A stretch of DNA of 14,712 nt from Candidatus Thorarchaeota archaeon. GTDB taxonomy: Archaea; Asgardarchaeota; Thorarchaeia; Thorarchaeales; Thorarchaeaceae. This document shows positions 1-7,226 of the stretch, one piece after another (the first letter of the stretch is position 1; every line of letters starts with the position of its first letter). The stretch is from assembly GCA_011364905.1 (NCBI GenBank), contig RDNZ01000057.1, forward strand, positions 1 to 14,712, written 5' to 3'. The notes under the pieces were generated by a model, which was not told where the DNA came from, did not search any database, and worked only from the letters and a program-made list of their open reading frames with translations. Both the position numbers and the translations under genes were made by a program.

Positions 1-3000
1 CGTAGCTTATCAGATCTTTCACAAAAGACTCTGGGTTCAGAGGGTGAAGCACTTGATACGATTATTGACGAAGTGATAGACTCCCAGAGTAAATCAATTC
101 AGACGATAAGAACAGCGCTCTCGAAATATGAGGATGATATGCTAGAATTGGTGACAAGCCGAATAGAACAAGTCAAGTCGACGGCGACTTCAGTAATGGC
201 GGCCCTCTCAGAGGATCTTGAAGACGTTATGAACAAGCTGGACACATCCTTGGATAATAGACTTGGTGCCAAACTCACAGAAATGCAAGGCGAGATTGAC
301 AAGAGCCAAGTCCGACTGGAAAAAGATGTTCGAGGCATCTCTCGAGAGTTTGATAAATGGCTGAAGACTGAGAGGAAGACAACAATCACCTCCATCTCAG
401 AATTCGAAACAAAGGCCGAATCACTCATTGAAACTGCTAAGAACTCTGTTACTAAAGCGCTTGAAGCATCATCAAATGTATTGAAGAATATCGCACAAGA
501 AATGACTACAGCACTGAGCTCAATGACTTCAGATGCATCCGATAATGGCGTTGAGATTCTCAATTCAGTGTCTGAAGACCTCACACAGCATCTTACTCGC
601 TTGGAAAACGATCTAACTAAGACATATGGCGCAGGACATGATTCGCTACGTGACGTTCTAGTGCAGGCCCGAACTATACCCACCGAGTTCGGCGCGTTCA
701 CAAAGAACAAAATCATTTCAGCTGCAGATATAGTGGAAGAAGCTAACAAAGAAGTTGAGAATTGGAAGACAGAGGTTTCTAGTTTCATGGATGTAGCATC
801 TCAATCTGTTACATCTCAGCTTGATCAAGTGGCTTCCACTGATGGAAATTATATCGATGTTTTAAAAAACACACTAACCTCACACATTGAGAAATTGAAT
901 GGTATGGCAAACGAAGAATATGGCCAAATACAGGGTCTAGCAAAATCATTGGGGGCAGATTGCGAAAACACACTTGCAGAAACTCGTGTTCTTGTTCTTG
1001 AACTTCTTCAGAAGCAGAATGATACCGAACAAGCTGGGTGCGATGAAGCTGCAAAAACACTTCATTCTGACCTTGATAATTGGGTACAAGGCACAGTACA
1101 ATCCATTGCGACTAATCTTTCATCAACTGCTAAAGACGTTTCTGCTATTCTTGACACAGAAACCACGGAATTGAATACTCTGGCTGAAGCTATGAATAGC
1201 AGGTTAAAATCAGCTTTCAATTCAATCATTAAATCCACTGCAACAAAGAATGAAGCCTTAATTGCCTCCGTCAAAAAAACAACGCAGGATTTTGAGTCGA
1301 GTGTTGGTTCAACTCTAGAAAAGCTGATCAGTAATTACGCTACTAATGCTGAGAAGCAAGTTCTTGACTCAAAGCGACTTTATGAGCGTCTCCGAGAACG
1401 CCTTGACAAGAGAATGAATGAACAGGTCACAGCAATAAGCTCACAAGCTGACAAGGCTGACAAAGAGATTGAAGCCATAATTCAACAACAAGTCGAGCGA
1501 ATCGACACACACACACTGGGAATTCGTGAGGAGTTTCACACACACCTTGAGGATATAACGCGTCAATTTGCTACCTTAACTCAAGGTATTGAAGCAACAT
1601 TCAATGGGCTCCTTTCAAGTCAGACTGTTGAGGCTCGTGATCTCATTGCTTCCACACATAGCGAGTTCAAGAACACTCTGAAGTCTGAAATTGCCGAGCT
1701 CAAAGAAGACTCCGTAAAACTACAACAAGAGTACTCTGCTGAGCTAGTTCATAAGATAGATGAAGTCGCCACATCTGTCGCGTCTGCAAAAAGTGCTCTT
1801 GAGGAATTATCAGTTGATAAGCGTCAAAAAATGTCTGAGAGCATGGCTGAAGCTCTCGGAAAACTTGAGAAATCCATTCTAAGCACAGAAGATAACTTGC
1901 ATCAGATGGAATCAGGTATCATCAACCAGTTCACTGAAAATCTTGAACAGGTAAGTCAGGAATTCAACATGACTGTTGACAGTGCGCGTGAGGCAATCGC
2001 TGAACGATTGGATGGCGTTCGAACTGTAACTGCTGATGCGTTGCAGAAGAGCACAACTGCTGCGAAAGGCGCAGCTGATGCATTTATCGCAGAACAAAAG
2101 GATCACAAACAACGATTCTTGGCTGAAACTAGTAAGAAGATAAACAGACTGGCAACAAAACGCGTGAAATCTTCAAGCGCGAGTATTGAGGAGTTTCAAA
2201 CTGAACTCTCTGAGCGTCAAACCAGTGGCTTGAAGAGTAGAACCGCTGCAAAAGAGGAGGTTGTCAAGGCAGTTGAGGAACGGAGAGCCGAAGTGACACA
2301 GGCATTCGATGCAGCATCAGTTTGGGTCGATTCGACAGTGGCTAATGTTGCGACATCTCTTGAGACTTTTGGTGCAAAACTAGGAAATGAACTAGTTTTG
2401 ATGCAGAGCAACCTTCACAAAGCTGCAGAAGATGCAGCAACCGAAGTGCTTGAACGCGGTGAGAATGATATCAACAAGTTCACGGAGATCACTTCGTCAC
2501 TCCTGCAAGAGGTCGAAGCGACCATCGGAGCTAGGATTGATGAGTTTGGAAACAACTGTGCCATTGCTCTTGCCAAGGGAAATGAAGCATTCACATCATT
2601 GCCTAATTCCATTTCTGAAAGAATTGCTGAGGTGGATGAGGCAATAGCCAAGGAAACAAATCAAAACTATAGTATAGTGATTGACAAACTCGCAACTCCA
2701 TTCAACGAGTTCAAGAGGACATCTGAGTCAGCAGCTGAGGAATTTCGGAATCTGTTGGAGCAGGCTTCTATTCAAACAACAGAAAAGAGGAATGAGGCCA
2801 TCAAAGCGGTTCAAGAAAGCGCTCTACTTACAAATCAATACGCCGCAAGAAAACTAGAAACAATTGGTTTGGACTTAAAGACTCAACTTAGCACACAGTC
2901 CTCTACATTGATTGAAAAAGCTCATTCTGACCTGGCTGCCAAGAATCTTACACTAACTGAGGCTGTCACTGGTGCGAATAATCAATCATCTGAGGAAATG

Positions 3001-3609
3001 GCTGCACTGAAACAAGCAAGAGGCGACACTCTTTCAAAATTCAGTGATCAGGTTGACAAATCACTAAGGAAATGGTCTGGGAAGCAGAAGGATAAGATTT
3101 CATCTCTGAATGAGAATATCCAAAGCACAGTGGAAGGAGTCGTTGACATAACCGAAGATGCCGTCGAAACAATTGCTGCAATTCATTTAGCTAGTGAGAA
3201 ACTACTAAACATACCAACTACAAGAACCTGGTATCTAAGCGGTAGTGAAGAAGTCTGTGCCCATGTCAATGACATGGCTCAACGGGCAGAGGAATCGGTG
3301 GTGATATCGGTACCTGATTTGTCATGTCTGGATATGAAGAAACTCGCTAAGGTGAAGAAACCAAAACGTAGAGTTCTCATCGTACCGGAAACTGATGAGC
3401 CAGATGTCACCCTAGACTCAATGGATGGCTGGCGCATATGGCAAACACAAACTCCAATGCTTCTGTCAGTCATTGATGAGCGTGAGATACTGGTTGGAGG
3501 CGGAAGAGATTCAGATACTCCAATGGCTGTGATATCTGAAGATGAGTCTTATCTGAGACTTTTCCACGATGTACTAGGTCCAAGACTCATCCGCAACAAA
3601 GCATCCTGA
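1..3609 (+). CDS. Large alpha-helical/coiled-coil protein with C-terminal TrmB-sensor/PLD-like domain (5'-truncated by the window)
   Basis: The frame is open from base 1 (cgt agc tta tca ... gaa gtg), so the GTG at 73 is probably internal. About 1070 aa are rich in A/E/K/L/S/T/Q with almost no Pro. The last ~130 aa (TWYLSGSEEVCAHVNDMAQRAEESVVISVP...RRVLIV...LSVIDEREILVG...AVISEDESYLRLF) match the pattern of TrmB C-terminal/PLD-like domains. Stop TGA at 3607-3609. Confidence 0.75.
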   Translation, partial: RSLSDLSQKTLGSEGEALDTIIDEVIDSQSKSIQTIRTALSKYEDDMLELVTSRIEQVKSTATSVMAALSEDLEDVMNKLDTSLDNRLGAKLTEMQGEIDKSQVRLEKDVRGISREFDKWLKTERKTTITSISEFETKAESLIETAKNSVTKALEASSNVLKNIAQEMTTALSSMTSDASDNGVEILNSVSEDLTQHLTRLENDLTKTYGAGHDSLRDVLVQARTIPTEFGAFTKNKIISAADIVEEANKEVENWKTEVSSFMDVASQSVTSQLDQVASTDGNYIDVLKNTLTSHIEKLNGMANEEYGQIQGLAKSLGADCENTLAETRVLVLELLQKQNDTEQAGCDEAAKTLHSDLDNWVQGTVQSIATNLSSTAKDVSAILDTETTELNTLAEAMNSRLKSAFNSIIKSTATKNEALIASVKKTTQDFESSVGSTLEKLISNYATNAEKQVLDSKRLYERLRERLDKRMNEQVTAISSQADKADKEIEAIIQQQVERIDTHTLGIREEFHTHLEDITRQFATLTQGIEATFNGLLSSQTVEARDLIASTHSEFKNTLKSEIAELKEDSVKLQQEYSAELVHKIDEVATSVASAKSALEELSVDKRQKMSESMAEALGKLEKSILSTEDNLHQMESGIINQFTENLEQVSQEFNMTVDSAREAIAERLDGVRTVTADALQKSTTAAKGAADAFIAEQKDHKQRFLAETSKKINRLATKRVKSSSASIEEFQTELSERQTSGLKSRTAAKEEVVKAVEERRAEVTQAFDAASVWVDSTVANVATSLETFGAKLGNELVLMQSNLHKAAEDAATEVLERGENDINKFTEITSSLLQEVEATIGARIDEFGNNCAIALAKGNEAFTSLPNSISERIAEVDEAIAKETNQNYSIVIDKLATPFNEFKRTSESAAEEFRNLLEQASIQTTEKRNEAIKAVQESALLTNQYAARKLETIGLDLKTQLSTQSSTLIEKAHSDLAAKNLTLTEAVTGANNQSSEEMAALKQARGDTLSKFSDQVDKSLRKWSGKQKDKISSLNENIQSTVEGVVDITEDAVETIAAIHLASEKLLNIPTTRTWYLSGSEEVCAHVNDMAQRAEESVVISVPDLSCLDMKKLAKVKKPKRRVLIVPETDEPDVTLDSMDGWRIWQTQTPMLLSVIDEREILVGGGRDSDTPMAVISEDESYLRLFHDVLGPRLIRNKAS

Positions 3610-4068
3610 TCAGAGGTCTATGGAATAGATGATTGCATCCTCATCGAAGTAATAGCTGGGAATCTTATCCGACTCGATAAACCCGTATGACTCATAGAGA
3701 TTTCGAGCAGGGAAGTTACTCTCTCGAACCTCGAGGAAGCAGGTGTTAATCTGAATATTCCTTAGGTGGTCTAAGACATGGGATAACAACCTCCTCCCAT
3801 TTCCCATCCTTCGTTCATCCTGACGAATAGCCAAATTTAAAATGTGACCCTCTTTTCTGACGATGTCAGTCTCCCAGACTATATATCCTGCAACTCTCCC
3901 GCTATTCTCAAACACATCCATAATCAAACTTCTAGCCTCTCCGGACTTCACCTCTCCGTTTTGCAGGCATATATTGAGGAAAATGGAGTATTCCCAAGCG
4001 ACAGGAAAGCATGACCTCTCTATCCTCATGACCTCAGTCAAGTCGTCTAACCTCACTCTCCGTATCAC
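3610..4068 (-). CDS. rimI: RimI/Ard1-family GNAT N-terminal acetyltransferase
   Basis: Motifs IERSCFPVAW, GHILNLAI, acetyl-CoA-binding RRMGNGRRLL, FLEVRESNFPARNLYESYGF and YYFDEDAIIY. GTG start. Confidence 0.92.
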   Translation of the reverse strand: MIRRVRLDDLTEVMRIERSCFPVAWEYSIFLNICLQNGEVKSGEARSLIMDVFENSGRVAGYIVWETDIVRKEGHILNLAIRQDERRMGNGRRLLSHVLDHLRNIQINTCFLEVRESNFPARNLYESYGFIESDKIPSYYFDEDAIIYSIDL

Positions 4069-4092
4069 GAAATCAACTCACATAGATCCAAG

Positions 4093-4452
4093 TCAGAATG
4101 AATACTCCTCACCATGTTTTCTTTCAACTGGATTTCCACAGGCTGGGCAATAACTGGCGTTCTCTGGGATTAGACTATCACAGAATTGACATCTTGAGCC
4201 AACACGGAGATATGCTGGTCCTGCCTCTTGTGATTGCAAGAATCTTTCATCTTCCCGCCAACTTCTATTGACTTGCCAAAAACACATCATCACTAAGAAT
4301 AGTGTTGCCAACATGAGTACCGGAGTGAGACCACCTGCGAAAAAGAAGGGAAATATGAAGAAGGATGTTCCCTCGCCAGGATTCAATAGAGCAATGCCCA
4401 AACCAAGAATAATGAATCCAATTACAATGACATACAGGTCTCTAATCTGCAA
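4093..4452 (-). CDS. Small membrane protein with C-terminal zinc ribbon
   Basis: Two to three hydrophobic segments (LYVIVIGFIILGLGIALL; FFIFPFFFAGG; VLMLATLFLVMMCFW), then CQFC-x10-CPACG. The TTG start has a GGTGA Shine-Dalgarno-like motif just upstream on the minus strand. Co-directional with rimI, 24-bp gap. Confidence 0.8.
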   Translation of the reverse strand: MQIRDLYVIVIGFIILGLGIALLNPGEGTSFFIFPFFFAGGLTPVLMLATLFLVMMCFWQVNRSWREDERFLQSQEAGPAYLRVGSRCQFCDSLIPENASYCPACGNPVERKHGEEYSF

Positions 4453-4612
4453 ATGCAGCTCACCATTGAGTTCTGATTAATATCTCGGTAGAGCGCCATT
4501 GAGGGACTACCTATTAACTTATGGCTAAACCCTGCTGGTCTTGATTGGGAAAACGCACGCAAGACATATCAACATGAATTGAGATATCGTTTGTAGCTAT
4601 GCCACCAGTGAA

Positions 4613-4632
4613 GTAATCATTAAGTTGATTAC
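4613..4632. promoter_or_regulatory. Inverted repeat GTAATCA-N6-TGATTAC around a TATA-like ATTAAG; candidate operator
   Basis: Perfect 7-bp arms at 4613-4619 and 4626-4632, in the divergent intergenic region, ending 25 bp before the ATG at 4657. Confidence 0.4.
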
Positions 4633-4656
4633 GACATCATGTGGGGGTTTGAAAGA

Positions 4657-5196
4657 ATGACGCCAATTGACGAGAAAGAGAAAACCAAGAAGAGGGCGAA
4701 ATCAAAGTATCTCTTCAAGATCACTGTAGTGGGTCCCGACGATGGCTCGCTCGAGGATGTTCTTTCAACCTTCGATCCTGTTGTAAAAGTTGATGGGATT
4801 CGAATTGTTTCCGCTGATTATATCGCTGATGACTCTGACGTACGAGCTGTGTTCATGTCTCCAAAACATGCAGCACTTGATATCCTCTTGTCGCTCACAT
4901 ACAAAGGGGCCAGTGCAGTTATTATTGTTCTGAGAGACCCTGATCCTGACTTGGAAACAGTTTATAGAAATGAGATTCGCGAGAACTGTGGTGCCAAAAT
5001 TCCAACCCGTGTTTTTACGATTGGATCCTCAATGGACGATTTCAAACGAAATGAAATTCATCACATCTTCGATGAGTTGATTGAAGAGATTCTCTCCCTG
5101 AGAGAGAAAGAACACATGGCCAAAGAGAAAAAGATAACGAAAGTAACCAAGAAGAAGGCTAAAGCATCGAAGACATCAAGAAAGAAGAAGCAATAA
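4657..5196 (+). CDS. Degenerate Ras/Rab-like small GTPase-fold protein (probable pseudo-GTPase) with Lys-rich termini
   Basis: KYLFKITVVG resembles Rab DYLFKxxxIG; LTYKGASAVIIV resembles YYRGAxGxIxV; NEIHHIFDELIEEIL resembles the final Rab helix. G1, G3 and G4 consensus residues are absent. ATG 4657 follows a GGGGGT motif; the ORF-track start at 4639 is the alternative. Confidence 0.65.
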   Translation: MTPIDEKEKTKKRAKSKYLFKITVVGPDDGSLEDVLSTFDPVVKVDGIRIVSADYIADDSDVRAVFMSPKHAALDILLSLTYKGASAVIIVLRDPDPDLETVYRNEIRENCGAKIPTRVFTIGSSMDDFKRNEIHHIFDELIEEILSLREKEHMAKEKKITKVTKKKAKASKTSRKKKQ

Positions 5197-5211
5197 CACA
5201 TAACACGAACC

Positions 5212-5224
5212 TTTTTTTCGCTTT
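5212..5224 (+). terminator. Possible oligo-T archaeal terminator
   Basis: T7 run (tttttttcgcttt) 16 bp after the TAA at 5196. Confidence 0.35.
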
Positions 5225-5251
5225 CAGCTTGTTTCAAGCTTGGTGTCAATC

Positions 5252-6139
5252 GTGGACTCTGAGAAGAAAAGATCTGATGAATACTGGATGGGCGTTCGTG
5301 ATGCATTACGAATGGTTGATAGCTTCATCAAATGGGCGCGAAGAAACGAAGATCGTGCAAAGACGTTGGATGATTTCATCCATGATGGACTAATAGCAGC
5401 GGCAAAACGATGTGAGTCTTGCCTTAAAGATGACTTAGGACTAACTTTCGCAGAGGGTCAAGAGAAAGCTACTGAACCATCAGAACCAGAACAAATACCA
5501 TCTGGTTATGAGATGGGCTCTACTTTGAGCATACCTTCTGAGGAATCCTTTGAGATGACCCCTGAAGATATGTCTCCGGATTCCACTGAAGTGCCAATTG
5601 AATCTGAAGAAGAGTCAGTAAGCATCGACACTGTAGGTCGCTTAGAAGATGAAGAGATTGAGGATTTCTCAATTGAAGGACCTGCACGTGAGTTTTCATC
5701 TGACTTTGACCTTGTTGAACCAACGGAATTTCCAGCAAGTGATTCTGATGCCGAAATTAGCTCAACATCCGAATCAGAAGTTGACAAAGAACCTGAGGAG
5801 GACTCTGATCATGCACCCTCGTTCACTTGGGCTGATTATGAGCGAGCAATAACGCCATCCGAGGAAGAACCTGAGGATAGTGAAGAAGACGAGGATGTCG
5901 AGCTTCCGCCACCTGTTGTATTAGGCACAACTCCTGATAAGAGTGAAGAAACCTTAGTCCCGGTGCCTCCTGAACTTCCGCCTGATGATTTGAAAGACAG
6001 CCAATCGGATGAAGAAGAAACTGACTCAGATGAAGCATCAGAAGCACCTACTAGGCCGCCTCCGCCACCACCACCAGAGGATGAGGAGGATGAGGAGGAA
6101 CGCCGACGTAGAGCCAGAAGATTGTTCTTTGGCGACTAA
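5252..6139 (+). CDS. Hypothetical protein: helical N-terminal domain with CxxC, long acidic disordered region, Pro7 tract and basic C-terminal tip
   Basis: N-terminal ~65 aa look folded (DEYWMGVRDALRMVDSFIKW...KRCESCL). The remainder is E/D/S/P-rich and ends RPPPPPPPEDEEDEEERRRRARRLFFGD. GTG 5252 follows GGTG at 5242-5245; TTG 5240 is the alternative start. Confidence 0.8.
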   Translation: MDSEKKRSDEYWMGVRDALRMVDSFIKWARRNEDRAKTLDDFIHDGLIAAAKRCESCLKDDLGLTFAEGQEKATEPSEPEQIPSGYEMGSTLSIPSEESFEMTPEDMSPDSTEVPIESEEESVSIDTVGRLEDEEIEDFSIEGPAREFSSDFDLVEPTEFPASDSDAEISSTSESEVDKEPEEDSDHAPSFTWADYERAITPSEEEPEDSEEDEDVELPPPVVLGTTPDKSEETLVPVPPELPPDDLKDSQSDEEETDSDEASEAPTRPPPPPPPEDEEDEEERRRRARRLFFGD

Positions 6140-7167
6140 TCCTTGCCTTCAACAACAAGTCTGAAGAGTTTCACAGCAGCCTCTGCATTAGGCGCGCCTT
6201 TCACAATGGCATTTCCTGCTGGCATGACCGTGACTCTAACTTCGGGGTCAATAGTGACAACCAAGAAACGCTTTTTGCGGTCAACATGATACGACGAATC
6301 AAGTCTTTTCGCCAGTTTGTCTAGATCTAGCTTCATCAGTTTCCCAGCTGAAACATTGAAACTCTGAGAGCAAAGCTGAGTCACACTGGGTTCATCTTTT
6401 TCCTCTATGTGGTCTTCTATAGGCTTGGAGCACACTTCGCAATCCGAGGCCTTGCCGATATCAAAGAAATCAAAGCTTAGCGTACTCGTGTCTATTGTCA
6501 TAAGGCGGTTCGCAAGGTCAGGTTTTCTCCCGATGGCAATCTTAACAGCTTCATTCACTTCAACTCCTGCTGCAAGCGACAATAAAGTTGGAGAAACTCC
6601 AACAAGCGCACATGTGTTCTCAGGATTATCCTGTGCATCTCCCATTACGCATTGTAAACATCCAGTTTGTCCTGGAATGAATGTAGTGATATTAGCATAG
6701 TATTCAACTCCACCTGCGAATACATAAGGGATGTTAAGAACCAAACTTGCCTTGTTAGCTGCTCGTCGAGCTTTGAAGGAGTCTAATCCATCAACGATGA
6801 TATCTGCCCCTCTTATCACATCAATTGCATTCTCATCGTCAATTGATACGCAAACGGGATCGAAGTGAACCTCCGGGTTCATAAGTGCGAGATTCTCAGC
6901 TGCAGCTTCTGCTTTTGGCTTGCCAATATCATCTGTATTGAAAACCGTCTGCCTTTGGATGTTTGAAAGTTCCACAATATCTCGATCTACAATCTTTATT
7001 CTTCCAAACCCTATGGCTGCAAGAAGACGAAGTGATGGACTCCCGAGTCCACCTGCGCCTAACATAGCAACAGTTGTGTTCATTATTTTGTCCATATTGT
7101 CCTCTGAAAAGTCACGAAGAGCAAGCATTCGAGAGTATCTTTCTCTCTGTTCGTCTGTAAGTTTCAT
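6136..7167 (-). CDS. ThiF/MoeB/UbaA-family E1-like adenylyltransferase with C-terminal extension
   Basis: RYSR, GAGGLG, DRDIVELSNIQRQ, DIGKPKAE, DGLD, zinc ligands CLQC and CEVC, catalytic-loop Cys (NTCALVGV). ~85-aa C-terminal extension starting near QLCSQSFNV. Confidence 0.92.
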   Translation of the reverse strand: MKLTDEQRERYSRMLALRDFSEDNMDKIMNTTVAMLGAGGLGSPSLRLLAAIGFGRIKIVDRDIVELSNIQRQTVFNTDDIGKPKAEAAAENLALMNPEVHFDPVCVSIDDENAIDVIRGADIIVDGLDSFKARRAANKASLVLNIPYVFAGGVEYYANITTFIPGQTGCLQCVMGDAQDNPENTCALVGVSPTLLSLAAGVEVNEAVKIAIGRKPDLANRLMTIDTSTLSFDFFDIGKASDCEVCSKPIEDHIEEKDEPSVTQLCSQSFNVSAGKLMKLDLDKLAKRLDSSYHVDRKKRFLVVTIDPEVRVTVMPAGNAIVKGAPNAEAAVKLFRLVVEGKD

Positions 7168-7194
7168 CTCTCGGATAAAGAAGACATAGGCTCA

Positions 7195-7201
7195 CTTAAA
7201 A
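7195..7201. promoter_or_regulatory. Candidate shared bidirectional TATA box
   Basis: CTTAAAA on + and TTTTAAG on -, centred in the 59-bp gap and about 26-34 bp from both divergent ATGs (7167 and 7227). Confidence 0.45.
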
Positions 7202-7226
7202 CCTTAGACATCTGTAACGGTTTTTC

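Noticed and set aside
99-788. 229-aa antisense ORF, plus other short ORFs within 809-3473
   Set aside because: They lie inside the large + strand CDS, show no recognisable motifs, and are best explained as shadow ORFs.
1-3200. Calling the large protein SMC/Rad50 or a methyl-accepting chemotaxis protein
   Set aside because: No Walker B or signature motif at the C-terminus, no evident hinge or zinc hook, and no MCP hairpin signature; the similarity is only coiled-coil composition.
5506-6047. Overlapping alternative ORFs across the acidic protein
   Set aside because: By-products of low-complexity GAA/GAT/TCT codon usage in the main gene.
6056-6100. CCA/CCG and GAG/GAT triplet runs as a DNA repeat element
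   Set aside because: They encode the Pro7 and acidic tracts with mixed synonymous codons, so they are protein-level features.
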